DNA of 64,000 nucleotides from Haliotis cracherodii (GCF_022045235.1 NW_027266286.1:55676001-55740000), one strand, 5' to 3'; positions 1-14,768 are shown, counted from the stretch's first letter. A program made the numbers and translations. The notes: generated by a model from the letters alone, not told the origin.

Positions 1-262
1 TGAAGATCCGGGGTAGAATAGGTCTTCAGCAACCCATGCTTTCCGCGAAAGGCGTCTATGCTTGTCGTAAGAGGCGACTAACAGGATCGGGTGGTCAGGC
101 TCGCTGACTTGGTTGATGCATGCCATCGTATCCCAATTGCGTGGATCGATGCTTATGATGTCAATCACTTGGATTGTCTGGTCCAGACTCGATTATTTAC
201 AGACCGCCGTCATATAGCGGGAATATTGTTGAGAGCTACGTTAAACAACAAACAAACAAAAA
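1..262 (+). mobile_element. SINE-like family 2 (no tRNA head, (CAAA)n tail)
   Basis: tgaagatccggggtagaataggtcttcagcaacccatgc...gtcgtaagaggcgactaa...shared 3' tail; at least 8 copies in the window. Confidence 0.85.
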
Positions 263-345
263 CAAATATGATTTTAATTATATCTTTGAGACCATAGTTG
301 CTTTAATGAGGAACGTCTATGTACCCTCTGGCGTTACTACGATGA

Positions 346-516
346 GGGGCGGTCGGGTAGCCTAGTGGTTAAAGCGTAAGTTCGTCACGCCGAAGATCCG
401 GGTTCGATTCTCGACATGGGTACAATGTGTGAAGCCCAGATCTGGTGTCCACCGCCGTGATATTGCTGGAATATTGCTAAAAGCGGCGTAAAACCATACT
501 CACTCACTCACTCACT
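346..516 (+). mobile_element. SINE family 1 (tRNA-Asp-like head, (CACT)n tail)
   Basis: A box tagcctagtgg, GTC loop, B box ggttcgattc, tail gctggaatattgctaaaagcggcgtaaaac(cact)n; TSD actaYgatgag. Confidence 0.85.
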
Positions 517-629
517 ATGATGAGCTGGGAATTAAATCATAATAATGATAAAAATAAACAGTGTTATGCTCATGCTATCACATGGCTGTTTTGGGGCAGT
601 GTGCTTGACCACTGGTCCTCCTGGCCAGA

Positions 630-784
630 ATGAGTGAGTGAGTATGGTTTGACGCCGCTTTCAGCAATATGTCAGCAATATCACGGTGGGGGACACCAGA
701 AAGGATCCTCACACATTGTACCCATGTGGGGAATCGAACCGGGCCTTCGGCGTGACGAGCAAACGCTTTCACCACTAGGCTACG
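630..784 (-). mobile_element. SINE family 1
   Basis: Reverse-complement copy of 346-516. Confidence 0.85.
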
Positions 785-1519
785 TCTGGTGTTGTTATGA
801 GGGCCAAATGAAATAACAGTGAAGTCTGATTAAAAGCAACATAAGAAGGATGGGCGAATGTCTTTCATCCACAGGGACACACGCTGTTTATGTGCATATT
901 ATTTTCAAAATAATTCAGGTGAGTAGGTTAATAAATGAAAAAAAGAAATTTCATCTTAAAAATCTTCGATATGTAAATATTGTTAAGTAGGTTGGGGAAA
1001 TCAATAGGGTGCAGATAACTTATCATTGGTACTTTTTATGTCCACCGTTTACGATTTGATCATACCTTTAGTATATTAACATATGTGTTGCCTTGAGCAT
1101 ACTGGTATTCAAGTATCCGTTGCAGGATCGATTATTACACCACAAAGAGGGAACCCAAAGAAAGGGCGTATGCCACAGGAAAGTAAGGATATCACGTGAT
1201 ATAACTTTTCTCTTGTCCCCGGCTTTGTCACTAAATAGTTGCCCCCACGAAAGAAGGAGGGTGGGGGAGGGGGTGGGATAGTAGCTCACAGCGCAGTCGT
1301 TGATGACCGTGTTGACGCCAGTTTCAATTTCAATTTCAAAATGAACCTGTTTTGTATTACATAGTCAATTTCAATGCCAAAAAACAAGATTTACTCATGG
1401 TAAAAACAATTTTAAATATCATCAAACAATCTACATTGATATGCTCAATTTATTGCCATGTGCGCGCTCCTCTAATCAAGAACTCACCAAAAGAATACAT
1501 CCTTATCTCAGGAATCACA

Positions 1520-2590
1520 CTTCATCCCGGTACATCATCACCTCACACCCCAACACGTGATCTCCATACATCACCAACTCACACCCCAACACGTTATCTC
1601 CATACATCACCACCTCACACCCCAACACGTTATCTTCATACATCACCATCTCACACCCTGACATGTTATCTACGTACATCACCACCTCACACCCCAACAC
1701 GTTATCTCCATACATCACCACATGACACCCCAACACGTTATCTCCATACATCACCATCTCACACCCTGACATGTTATCTACGTACATCACCAACTCACAC
1801 CCCAACACGTTATCTCCAAACATCACCACCTCACACCCTAACACGTTATCTCCATACATCACTACCTCACACCCCACAACGTTATGTCCATACATCACCA
1901 CCTCACACCCCAACACGTTATCTCCATACATCACCACCTCACACCCTAACACGTTATCTCCATACATCACCACCTCACACCCCAACACGTTATGTCCATA
2001 CATCACCACCTCACACCCCAACACGTTATCTCCATACATCACCACCTCACACCCCACAACGTTATCTCCATACATCACCACCTCACACCCCACAACGTTA
2101 TGTCCATACATCACCACCTCACACCCCAACACGTTATCTCCATACATCACCACCTCACACCCTAACACGTTATCTCCATACATCACCACCTCACAACCTA
2201 ACACGTTATCTCCATACATCACCACCTCACACCCTAACACGTTATCTCCATACATCACCACCTCACACCCCAACACGTTATCTCAATACATCACCATCTC
2301 ACACCCTAACACGTTATCTCCAAACATCACCACCTCACACGCCAACACGTGATCTCCATACATCACCACCTCACACCCCAACACGTTATCTCCATACATC
2401 ACCACCTCACACCCCAACACGTGATCTCCATACATCACCACCTCACACCCCAACACGTTATGTCCATACATCACCACCTCATACCCCAACACTTTATCTC
2501 CATACATCACCACCTCACACCCCAACACGTTATCTCCATACATCACCACCTCACACCCCAACACGTTATCTCCATACATCACCACCTCAC
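1520..2590. repeat. 36-bp minisatellite (~30 units)
   Basis: Unit TCTCCATACATCACCACCTCACACCCCAACACGTTA. Confidence 0.95.
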
Positions 2591-3365
2591 AACTCCAACA
2601 CCATTACCCCTCTATAGCACCATCTCACATGCCCAATGCCGTTATCCCTATTTGAAGCCATCTCACATGCCCAACACCGTCATCCCTCTGTAGCGCCTTC
2701 TCAAGAATGCCCAACACCGTTATCCCTCTATAGCACCATCTCACATGCCCAACACCGTTATCCCTCTATAGCGCCATCTCACATGCCCAACACCGTTATC
2801 CCTCTATAGCGCCATCTCATATGCCCAACACCGTTATATCTCTATAGCACCACCTTACATGCCCAACACCGTTATCCCTCTATAGCACCACCTTACATGC
2901 CCAACACCGTTATCCCTCTATAGCACCATCTCACATGCCCAACACCGTTATCTATCTATAGCACCATCTCACATGCCCAACACCGTTATCTCTCTATAGC
3001 ACCACCTCACATGCCCAACGCCGTTATCTATCTATAGCACCATCTCACATGCCCAACACCGTTATCTATCTATAGCGCCACCTCACATGCCCAACACCGT
3101 TATCTATCTATAGCACCATCTCACATGCCCAACACCGTTATCTATCTATAGCACCATCTCACATGTCCAACACCGTTATCCCTCTATAACGCCACCTCAC
3201 ATGCCCAACACCGTTATCTCTTTATAGCACCACCTCACATGCCCAACACTGTTATCTCTCTATAGCACCACCTCACATGCCCAACACCGTTATCCCTCTA
3301 TAGCACCACCTCATATGACCAAGGCCGTTGTCCCTCTATAGCACCACATCACATGCCCAACATGC
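2590..3365. repeat. 38-bp minisatellite (~20 units), related to the 36-bp array
   Basis: Unit TCACATGCCCAACACCGTTATCCCTCTATAGCACCATC. Confidence 0.95.
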
Positions 3366-4115
3366 CCAATCACCTCACGTTTGACGTCTCAAAAAGTACT
3401 AATTTCGTGTTCCAGCTTCATTTTCTAGGCGTTCGTAAACCGGATTTTAATCGCGTGTAATGGCACCTATCTTTTCATCAGCATGTGAAAGAGATCCGCA
3501 TCAGTTTGTGAACACAAAGACAATGAGGATCTGATATCTTTAACGTGTTGTTGACGGCAGGATAAATGTGGCCGGACCTTCTTCTTACATTGTCAGGAAC
3601 AGGTGTGTCTCCGTATTGTACGTTCAAACCGGATTGAAAATATACATTGTCTGTTTAACTGCGCATTACTGAAATCGTTTTTATAAACACTGTGTTGTAC
3701 ATACCGTGTTTAAACGAGATGTGAGTAACCATAGTAACTACAACGTTATAAAAAAGTGCAAGCTGTATGTGGTTTATGTGAAATTCCACCAATAAGAACT
3801 TATCTTATACAACAACGAGTGAGTGAGTGTGGTTTTACGCCGCTTTTACCAATATTCCAGCAATATCACAGAGGTGGCACCCAAAATTAGCATTTGAAAT
3901 AATTAGAATTTGGAACAAATATTTACACTGAATGAAAACATAATGGAGATCCAAGTCTGGAAAGCCCCAGTGTATCAAGATGGCCTGTAATATTTGCGAC
4001 CGGCCAAACCAGTGACTGGCAATATGAACAAACAAACACAATAAAACAAGACACCCATTGGGATGATTCGGTCTTTCCTGCTTACACGGGCAGCTTATAG
4101 TCGTCTCGTCTGAAA

Positions 4116-5850
4116 TGATTATAATACTGTATGTGTCCCGGGATTTGAGTGATTATAATACTGTATGTGTCCCGGGATTTGAGTGATTATAATACTGTAT
4201 GTGTCCCGGGATTTGAGTGATTATAATACTGTATGTGTCCCGGAATTTGAGTGATTATAATACTGTATGTGTCCCGGGATTTGAGTGATTATAATACTGT
4301 ATGTGTCCCGGGATTTGAGTGATTATAATACTGTATGTGTCCCGGAATTTGAGTGATTATAATACTGTATGTGTCCCGGGATTTGAGTGATTATAATACT
4401 GTATGTGTCCTGGGATTTGAGTGATTATAATACTGTATGTGTCCCGGGATTTAAGTGATTATAATACTGTATGTGTCCCGGGATTTGAGTGATTATAATA
4501 CTGTATGTGTCCTGGGATTTGAGTGATTATAATACTGCATGTGTCCCGGGATTTGAGTGATTATAATACTGTATGTGTCCCGGGATTTGAGTGATTATAA
4601 TACTGTATGTGTCCCGGGATTTGAGTGATTATAATACTGTATGTGTCCCGGGATTTGAGTGATTATAATACTGTATGTGTCCCGGAATTTGAGTGATTAT
4701 AATACTGTATGTGTCCCGGAATTTGAGTGATTATAATACTGTATGTGTCCCGGGATTTGAGTGATTATAATACTGTATGTGTCCCGGGATTTGAGTGATT
4801 ATAATACTGTATGTGTCCCGGGATTTGAGTGATTATAATACTGTATGTGTCCCGGAATTTGAGTGATTATAATACTGTATGTGTCCCGGAATTTGAGTGA
4901 TTATAATACTGTATGTGTCCCGGGATTTAAGTGATTATAATACTGTCTGTGTCCCGGGATTTGAGTGATTATAATACTGTATGTGTCCTGGGATTTGAGT
5001 GATTATAATACTGTATGTGTCCCGGGATTTGAGTGATTATAATACTGTATGTGTCCCGGGATTTGAGTGATTATAATACTGTATGTGTCCTGGGATTTGA
5101 GTGATTATAATACTGTATGTGTCCCGGGATTTGAGTGATTATAATACTGTATGTGTCCCGGGATTTAAGTGATTATAATACTGTATGTGTCCTGGGATTT
5201 GAGTGATTATAATACTGTATGTGTCCCGGGATTTGAGTGATTATAATACTGTATGTGTCCTGGGATTTGAGTGATTATAATACTGTATGTGTCCCGGGAT
5301 TTAAGTGATTATAATACTGTATGTGTCCCGGGATTTGAGTGATTATAATACTGTATGTGTCCCGGGATTTGAGTGATTATAATACTGTATGTGTTCTGGG
5401 ATTTGAGTGATTATAATACTGTATGTGTCCCGGAATTTGAGTGATTATAATACTGTATGTGTCCCGGGATTTGAGTGATTATAATACTGTATGTGTTCTG
5501 GGATTTGAGTGATTGTAATACTGTATGTGTCCCGGGATTTGAGTGATTATAATACTGTATGTGTCCCGGGATTTGAGTGATTATAATACTGTATGTGTTC
5601 TGGGATTTGAGTGATTATAATACTGTATGTGTCCCGGAATTTGAGTGATTATAATACTGTATGTGTCCCGGAATTTGAGTGATTATAATACTGTATGTGT
5701 CCCGGAATTTGAGTGATTATAATACTGTCTGTGTCCCGGAATTTGAGTGATTATAATACTGTCTGTGTCCCGGGATTTGAGTGATTATAATATTGTATGT
5801 GTCCCGGAATTTGAGTGATTATAATACTGTATGTGTTCTGGGATTTGAGT
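4116..5850. repeat. 34-bp minisatellite (~51 units)
   Basis: Unit GAGTGATTATAATACTGTATGTGTCCCGGGATTT. Confidence 0.95.
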
Positions 5851-5962
5851 GAGTGTGTGAGTTAAAGCTTAACGTCACATCGGCAATATTTCAGCCATAT
5901 CGTGACGATCTGCGATTTGACTGATTATGATACTGTATGTGTTCCGGGGCTTGAGTAACTAT

Positions 5963-8083
5963 AGGATACGATAGGATAAGTTTTATTCCATACTGAAAGG
6001 CCTCAGGCCAATAGTACTATTCTGTTTTCGGGAGTGGTTACAGATCCGTTTAACCGGTCATATTCTAATTAACATAGCCTGATAAATGAACATTGATAGA
6101 TTTTTTAGAGTATCTTTATCAGTTGTTGACACGATCATTATAATTTTTTGTAGAGTGGGATGTACATGACAAGGCAGATCAATATATTTTCATCTAAGGT
6201 GGTCGTATTTTGGACAAACTAACAGAACGTGAAACTCATGTTCATTCACATTTAAACCACATTGCTCACACATTATCAATTCTCTGGCTATGTTTCTATG
6301 CCTGCCTACTTCGATCCTAAGTCTATGAGAGCTGCATCTAAATTGTGCTAAACTTATTCTAAACCTTTTAAAGTTGATGTCAAACAAATAGTATTCTTGG
6401 GAAATTTTTGTCTTGAAAAGCTTTTAATAATTGCATTTTTCTGAACTTAAAACATGCTATTCCCATTTTTGTAAGTATATATCCTTAAGTTTTTTGCGTA
6501 AAGATACTACAAATGAATCTGGATTGTTTGGTACCCATTTATTATGCCAAACATAGTATTACCCATAGCCGCAATCATTTAATAACGACTTTACATCATA
6601 TACCCAATTGCGGATTCAATGTTTTTCATACAATAACATCATTTTGTAACATTTTCTAGGTAATCTATCGACAGACATTTTAAGAATCTTGAACCAATAC
6701 TGGAGAATTCTAATATGTTGAAATATGTAAAGTGGGACACGTCCACATTCACCATATACCATAACACTCGATGTAGATTTTTTTACGCCAAGGAATCGTT
6801 TACAAGCATACAAATGGACCAGTTCAATAGTTCTGTATTCAGTATGCCCCCAGACCCCTGCTCCATATAAAAGAATTGGACTAATTTTTTGAATCAAATA
6901 TTTAAAAAAAGGTTTGATATGAAAGATCAGTGAAAGTTTTTAAACTATGTAAGATTCCCATTAGTATTTTTTGCCTGCATTGCGGCATTACTGGTGTGGT
7001 AATTCCACGATAATCTGCCTGTGAAGGTTACCCCCAGATTTTTATAAGAAGTGACAATTTGTAACGGTTGTGAGTTGAAGAACCATTTTCCCTACTTAAT
7101 AGTTTATTTCCCTTTTAAAAACTAACACTTTCGTTTTCTCAGTGTTCACTTGGAGTTTAAAATTAGAACAGTACAGCTCCAGTTTATCTATCAAATTCTG
7201 TAAACCTTTTATCCTCCTAGAGAATAGAACTATATCATCAGCAAAAAAGCAACAGAAATATCTTAACAATATCTGGATGCAGCTGTATACCATCCGTACA
7301 ATTATCCTTATTGAGCAGCCAGTTCATTGATGAAAAAACAGAACAGGAAGGGGTTAAGAATACAGCCTTGGCGTACACCAATGTTACATGTGAAGACATC
7401 AGAGTATATTCCCCGATTTTTAACACATGACTTTACAATTTGATAAATATTACATAATGATTTACCCATTTTATTACTCACACCATTTGAAAGAAACAAT
7501 GACCACGTTATATTTCTGTTTACAGAATCAAACGCTTTTTTGAAATCTACAAAAATTGCATAACATTTTCCACCTTTTCTCTGCATGTATTTGTGAATAA
7601 TCGCATTAAGTACGAAAATATTATCCGTGGTTGAGTACCCTTGTCTAAAACCTGCTTGTTCTTCCAAAATTTGATCTAATGAATCTGATCAAAAAGTTAG
7701 CCTTTTATTGATAATAGAAACAAATATTTTGCTAAAATCACTCAGAAGGGTAATTCCTCGATAATTGTTTGTGTCGGTACGTGGTCCTGATTTATGTAGT
7801 GGAACAATCACACCGATAGTCAATTCTTTGGGGAAATAAGACGTTTCTAAAATCATATTAAACAGTAATTCAAGGTATGGGAGTAGCATATTAACAGAAT
7901 GTTTAAAAAACTCTGGAATTAAACCAAATATGCCGGAACTCTTGCTGTTTTTCAAATCGTAGATAGCTTTCTGAATTTCCTCTCTTGTAATTTGCGAGTC
8001 AAGAATTGTAGCAGTTATGAGGTGAGGTGAAATTGGATTTAACGTCGCGTCGAAGATCATTGCACTTATATAGCGACGTGCAT

Positions 8084-8120
<37 letters not shown>

Positions 8121-11111
8121 TGCTTGTACTAGTCCGGACTGATGCCTATTTATAGTGCTAGCTCACTGAGATACCAAGCCGCAGTTTAACATGAATACCC
8201 CACTCAGACACAGTATACTGACTCCAAGCCGACCAGTCCTTGTTTCAGCCCCTTAATGCCGAGCGCCAGACAGGGTAACAACACGTACCATCTTTTAACG
8301 TCTTTTGGTATGACGCGGCCGGGGATCGAACCCCGGACCTTCCGCTCTCCGGGCGGACGCTCTACCACTAGACCACGGAGGCGGCTGTAGCAGTTATGTC
8401 ATTGTCACGTTTCCTGATCTGATAATTCAAAGAAGGTATCATCCCTAACACCATTACCAATAAACATATTTTTGAAATAATCTTATAAACCTATTCATTT
8501 GGATCGCTATTAAGAAAGAGACTTCTTTCTATAGGCATTAAACCTCTTGTGAGGTTTTACTTTCCAGTCGGGTTAAATCTTATAAACAGGGACGTTGTAA
8601 TGTCCCTGGGATTTTATATAATGTCCTGGGTATTTTATTAATGTAACTTCCGTTCAGATTGTCACATGTAATGAAATGTAAAATTCAAATGACAAATGTT
8701 TTCTTTATATTCCCGAGGATCGAACTCGCAACCTTCATATCTGTAGCCCAGTGAGTGTACCACTAGGTGTTGATAAGCCTCACTGGTTTTTAGAATGTCC
8801 TTTTCAAGATCCGTACGCCAGCAACAGATATTTTACGCGCGTTTCCTAAGGTTAATGGAAAGTGTGTTCGAAACATAAAAATGTTGATAAATGTTGTTTT
8901 AAGTTTCTTTTTTCGGTTTATAAGTATGGAAAAACACTTTCCCTCGGTTTTGGTAGACAGAGCATGCCCTGGGGGTCGGGAAAAACCGCGGGGGCTTCGT
9001 GAGCGTGTTTTCTCCAATACATATCATTTATCAATTTCAATATTATTTTTAAACTCATAACGTGGATTTAGTTTTCGGAGGGTTGTACAATATTCTTTCG
9101 ACGACTTAATGTTATCTTCCAAATATTTTTTTTTTCTTTTCAAGAAATATAATCTTTTCCCTGCACGTGGTTTTGTAAAGATTTCTAATTCTTGTATATT
9201 CCCTTAACGACTGTACATCTATCAAGAAATCCCAAGACGAGTTATCACGCCCTTCAAGATAATCCAAAATGTCGTCTTCCACAAAGTCGGGCTCTGTCCC
9301 TGTTCTGGAGTTAAAATCTCCCCCCAAAATACACGAAACGTCATCGATTTGATTCAAAATATCCAGGAGCTCGTCTTGAAACATCAGTACACCATTTCTA
9401 GAAGTAGCTCATTTATCATATTAGGTTGAGTCTTCTGGGTGTATATATGCACAACAGCATAGCACATCTGTTACAGTACCAAACAGTAATTTATCTAATA
9501 GAATGTAAATACCACTTTCTTTCACCCAAGTCCGCTTAATATATTTTTTCAGCTGTTTTCTAAGCATAACTATGATACCACCAGAGAGTCCCCCTGCTTT
9601 TGCTAACTTATCACCTGGTCTCTTATAATATAAATAATCAGCCAACTTGTTCTGGAAGTCTAACTTCTGAATCCACGTCTCTGTGAGGCCTGCAATGTCA
9701 AATGAATGTAAATATGAAACAAAGTCACAGTCATCTAATTTAGATTTCAATCCAGATATATTCCAATATAAGAGTTTTATTGTAGGAGAGTCATCACTTT
9801 TTAAATCCTCTGAGTCGTGGTATGGGCCCCGGCCACACCCCTAGGTAGTGCGGTCCTGCTGGCTGCCCCTAGAGCTGGTAGCCTGACTGCGGGTATGGGG
9901 CGCGAACTCCCCTCGTTCCTAGGTGAATTGTTGATTCTGTCAGAGACCCCACCTCCCCTCATCCGAGACATTGGTTGAAGCATCCGTAACCTGTTACCAG
10001 ACACAATGTTACCACCTTTATAAAAAATAATGTTTATATTGGTCTTCATCTTTATATTTCTTTAATTCTTGCCTCTGTTTTAAAGTTAAGTCACTGGAAT
10101 CTCTCAAACTTAGAGACTTCATCTTATCCTCTAGTCTAGCGATCACAGGGCGTGGTCTATCCGTGTTACGTTGTCCTATTCTATGTGCCCTCTCAATGTC
10201 TCTTGGAACAAGCAGATCTATATCATTGGCCTCCTTGGCATTGTTCAACACTTCCATAGTTTTATTTGCAGATTGCATAGGATTCGCTCGGTCCCTCTGG
10301 AATACCATACAAAATTATATTATTTCTTCGACCCCCTCTCTCTAGATTCTCTAGACGTATATCAACATTGTCAAAGTTATAATATACATCTTATAGTTTT
10401 TGACAGACCGCATCCACATCAAGCCTAATGGTATCTTGTTCTCCCTTGGCCGTGCTCGCTTGATTTAATAAATCTGTGACGTCACACTGTAATGTTTGTA
10501 ATTCTTATTTCACTGAACCAATTTCGGATGCCTTGATTTGTTTAATAATTGCCGATTTCATATCATCCAGATCCTTACTAAATGGGCCAGGGTTCAATTC
10601 AACATCATCTGACAGGTGATATTAGCAACAGAGACCATATACGGTCTCTGTTAACAATGATACACAAGGACAAAACAGGCGCACCCAACCTCGGTACGGA
10701 ATTCGATATGTAAACAAAGACAATGTGTTACAATCAGTGGGACAAAAGTTCGCAACCCTGATACTGTGTGATGGATTTGTCGATATATCGCTTGTATACT
10801 TCATCTTATCTACGATGATCGTACCTGAGGTATATATTGAGAGAAGAAGTACTGTGCACAAGAGTAGTCGATAGGCCATGTCAGTCCCGGCTGTCCATCT
10901 CGATCATCGATTTCGTCGAATAGGGTTTGATTTTCTCAATCTGCTTGTGTCCTCGGGGCGGTACAAAACATCCGACCCTGGCTCTCCAGACATCTATAGA
11001 GACCCCCATTTTATCCCAAAGTGCTTGATTAGGTTGGCCTAGGCTCCGATCTCAATATTTTTAATTTTTTTACGAGAGACAAAGCGAGATGCAACCACTC
11101 CCCAAGGGAGC
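5963..11111 (-). mobile_element. Decayed, apparently full-length non-LTR retrotransposon (RTE-X/RTEX-like LINE)
   Basis: Frameshifted pieces in the correct order: ORF1-like RAHRIG...PRPVIARL (10018-10308); APE endonuclease GLTETW and GGDFNSRTG (9112-9750); RT NYRGITLL, QAGFRQGYST, FVDFKKAFDSV, GVRQGC, FADD (7096-8000); C-terminal FRCSSHRLRIEVGRH...CEQC...HVLLVCPKY. 3' AATAAA plus (ATCCT)-type tail near 5963-5990. Possible 7-bp TSD taactat at 5956 and 11112. Clade assignment is from memory of motifs. Confidence 0.85.
8020..8385 (-). mobile_element. SINE family 3 (tRNA head, internal (CA)n, (CCTCA)n tail), inserted in the LINE
   Basis: Head gcctccgtggtctagtggtagagcg...ggttcgatccc; TSD tgtagcagttatg at 8007 and 8386. 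Confidence 0.9.
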
Positions 11112-11199
11112 TAACTATGGACGATTTGCATAGTATGATTGAACACATATAACTGTATCTTAGGTATACCTTTAGATGCAAGACATTTGTAAAATCAAA

Positions 11200-11360
11200 A
11201 ATTATTCGTGAGGGATTCTTTGACCGAAGAACTTGAAGTCATATGCGCATTCTGACTGGTTTGTCATATTTTCGCACATAACATTCATCGATAGGAGGAC
11301 GAGTCTTCTTGCATTACGGAATGGGGCGAGTGGTGACGAATGTCTACCCCGCCGCCCTTG
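11200..11360. repeat. Dispersed repeat, also at ~57050-57220 and inverted at ~32600-32720
   Basis: agggattctttgac.gaagaacttgaa.tcata.gcgcattctga.tggtttgt...acgagtctt...gcgagtggtgacgaatgt shared between copies; probably a non-autonomous DNA transposon remnant. Confidence 0.65.
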
Positions 11361-12990
11361 GTTCAACCGAAACACTGTTGGAAGCGCTGCTAAGCCTTAC
11401 TGACTCATACTTCCGAATTTATCGAAAAAGTCTTTTGGAATTCAGTATATGACGATGTGACAGCATTTTATCACTTCATATTTCTGTTGAATATAAACTG
11501 GTGATAATGAAGTTATAGATCATAATGTTTTAATTCAGTTGGGTGACCTCACGCTACATGAAACTGGTGATGCTCAGGGGAAATACAACCAGACCGCATT
11601 TTAAACTGGAAATTCCCTGTAACAGCTAATACTGCAGCCAAACTTCCTAGATCAGTCATGAATCGGGGTTTTGCCTTTCCGGTTTAATCCCGTTTTGACC
11701 TTTGGTGTATTTATCACATCGCGTGGCCTGTCATGTCTTTGTCGCAGTTTCTAGAATGTGTGATTAACGTGAAGGGGAAAAGTGTTGTTCAGTCGATGTG
11801 CAGAACCTATGATCGTCGTTCGAATCCCGGTTCAACAAAACCGGGTCATGGTTTATTTGGACCATGCCCTTGATTGTGATAAAGTGGTAAACGCCTGAGA
11901 TCTTCGCTTTGGGCTTTCTTGTCATATCATGCAGTCACGCCGATATGACTGGAATATTGGCGTTTAACACAATTAACTCACTCACTAAATGTGACGAAAA
12001 CCGATAGATGATGGCATCCCTTCTTCATGAGATGAAAATGATACACAGCTATAAATGACTTTGTTCTGGCAAATTGGCAATCTAGGCAACTTTAAGTTAA
12101 CTTATAGTCTCAATACACAGAGGACATATCTCAGTTTTATGCATAATGCAATACAACGTCTGATTGAATCCGGGGTCGCCCAGTCGTTTTGGGCGCCGCA
12201 GAGTTGTGCCAGAAACTAAGGTCTAGGCCGAGACTAATGATTGATGAATGACTAAAGTCTGAAACCTCGCTTTGAAATCCATTAATAGTGCAATTACGTT
12301 TCGCCATGTCATCACTATCATGACTGAAGCTAGGTTTGAAGGAGTGTAGCCTATTTTTCACTGAGAACATATGCAACATGGACATGTCTTTTTGCCAAGG
12401 TGTAAAGATACGACCCAATCGTCCAAGGCGCCGAAATTCGCAGTGCAGAGTTGTACCCCTTGAACGTACAAGAATCCTAAAATCCTGGGTTCGAAGCCAC
12501 GATTCCCCAGGTTATGACCCTTGCTTGGATGGTTTTCGTGGGTGGTGGGTTCCGTCAAGAGGTGAAGAGGCGTCGCTTTGTGTTCCCTACAGCACATTGG
12601 GGTCAAGATGTAATGCTAACCAAAGAAGCCTTACCCCCAACTGAAATTTTGACAACACTTTTTTGTTGAATTACAATATCAGAATAAACGTTAAACAAAC
12701 CTCTCTCGCTATCCTGCTCCGGTTTTATCTCAAATATATGACACTAGCAGTTACACCTGATTATACACGTGTATGTTTTCAATACATTGTAAAACATGTG
12801 TTAAGAATGTACACACTTACAAGACATTAGGTTTAAACAAAATTTAGAATGTGTTTAAATCCTAAACGGAATACTCATTAAGTGTTTACTATCTAAACAC
12901 GTTTAGGTTCTAAACATGAAATGTCTCTCAGCCTAAACACAACATCCCCATAATATGAACACGTTTAGAATTTAAACATGTTTAGATTTG

Positions 12991-13344
12991 GTGAGGTGAG
13001 GTGAAATGGGGTTTAACGTCGCGACCAAGATTATTGCACTTATATAGCGACGTGCATGCACGTGTGTGTGTGTGTGGCTGCTTGTACTAGTCCGGACTGA
13101 TGTCTATTTATAGAGCTAGCTCACTGAGATACCATGCCGCAGTTTAACATGAATACCCCACTCAGACACAGTATACTGACTCTGAGCCGACCAGTCCTTG
13201 TTTTAGCCCCTTAATGCCGAGGGCCAGGAAGGGTAACAACAAGTACAATCTGTTAACGTCTTTTGGTATGACGCGGGCGGAGATCGAACCCCGGACCTTC
13301 CGCTCTTCGGGCGGACGCTCTACCACTAGACCACGGAGGTGGTC
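12991..13344 (-). mobile_element. SINE family 3
   Basis: TSD tgtttagatttg. Confidence 0.9.
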
Positions 13345-13708
13345 TGTTTAGATTTGAAACATGTTTCATAGAGTGCATAACACTGGGCATTAAATCAAAT
13401 ATGGATAAGATATAAACACGTCCAATATTAATTCTGTAAACCCATTTGTCACTATATATTGAAATTAGATGTGCAAATCAGATTCCCTTGTATAACACAG
13501 GTGCCATCAGGTCTTACAAAGAACTTGTACAATATCAACATTTACAAATAAACCAAGTGACGTCAGGAGGTGCGGGTTCGTATCCCGCCGAGGTTTTAAT
13601 AGTGTTATTATACAGGGAGTTGACAATGAAATTATACCTGATTGCTACGTATGTGATAGACCCCATATTTTTAAATTTACCTCCATTCTTCTATATTCCC
13701 ATTATTTG

Positions 13709-13859
13709 AGGGGCGGTGGGGTAGCCCGGTGGTTACAGCGTTCGCACGTCACGCCGAAGACCCGGGTTCGATTCCCCCTGGTACAATGTGTGAAGCCCAT
13801 TTCCCCACCGTGATATTGATGGAATATTGCTCAAAGCGGCGTAAAACTATACTCACTCA
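13709..13859 (+). mobile_element. SINE family 1 (internally deleted)
   Basis: Same head and tail as 346-516. Confidence 0.8.
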
Positions 13860-14324
13860 GCCATCCTACTATGTGCTGAAAAAAGAAACATATAGAAGGC
13901 GCCCCTTTATTAAACTACCTACAATGAATTTCAGAGAGGGAATACAGGTTTATCTGTAAAATAGAGTCTTCGATATATTCTGACCGTAAATGCATCAAGG
14001 GTATATGACAAGAAATAATTTAGGTCTGTGTTTAGGATCTAAACATCTAAACACACATTAACAGTGCAGTCTTTCCGTTATATCAAGGCGTTTCAGTTTA
14101 ATGAGGGAGGGAAAAGATGCATTAGAGTTGTATTGAAATGTGAAATTAGAGCAATTGTTTATTGTGAAATAATTAAACTCCAAATCAACATGAAATATAT
14201 ATGAAGTTTTGTATATGTATCATAGTAATCCGCTAAAACATAACATTGACTCTCAAATAGATAAATAAAATATTAAGGTGATAAATCAGTTCCAGAGTCG
14301 ATTGTACGTTTCCAATTGTATCAT

Positions 14325-14420
14325 GCGCATGTGCTTATGAATCACTATCAAATAGTGATGACTCCAGGTGTTCGCAAAAAGGTGAGCGTATCCTGTCCCA
14401 CCCGTGGCACCCGTCCGGGG
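14325..14420. repeat. Dispersed repeat, also at ~30655-31085 (split by a SINE), ~57262-57414, and inverted at ~45535 and ~62935
   Basis: Shared atgaatcacta...ccaggtgYtcgc.aaaaggtgagcgtatcctg. Confidence 0.6.
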
Positions 14421-14768
14421 TAAAAACTAAAAGTATCAGTATTCGTTAGCACCGCATATTTGATCAGCTGATTATTCATATACGCCAATTGCTTGTATAC
14501 AGTATGGTAAAGGTTACCCCACATCGTATCACGGGTCGTGCAGCCACCACCACCCCACACCACCCCCCGCCCCCACCTAAACCCCCTCCCCTTCCCGTTT
14601 TGCTACTTTGAAATCGCGGAGGGAACTTCGTCTCACAGTTAATGCATATACTGCACTCTCTTCTAAGTCCCAGTTTGATCAGTAAACTACTTCCTTCTTC
14701 ATATGTGGATATATACTGAGAGTAATTCATGAGACGTCAGTCGGTGCGCTCTCCTGAATGCGTGCGTG

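Noticed and set aside
346-420. tRNA genes at the heads of the repeated elements
   Set aside because: They are SINE heads: they continue into a shared body and tail, are flanked by TSDs and lack a proper acceptor stem and terminator.
1352-2693. Extensin/mucin-like ORF (RYLHTSPPHTPT)n
   Set aside because: 36-bp minisatellite open in multiple frames on both strands, continuing into a 38-bp frame-breaking version.
4116-5850. CRISPR-like array of 34-bp repeats
   Set aside because: Repeats are head-to-tail with no unique spacers and no cas genes, and the context is eukaryotic.
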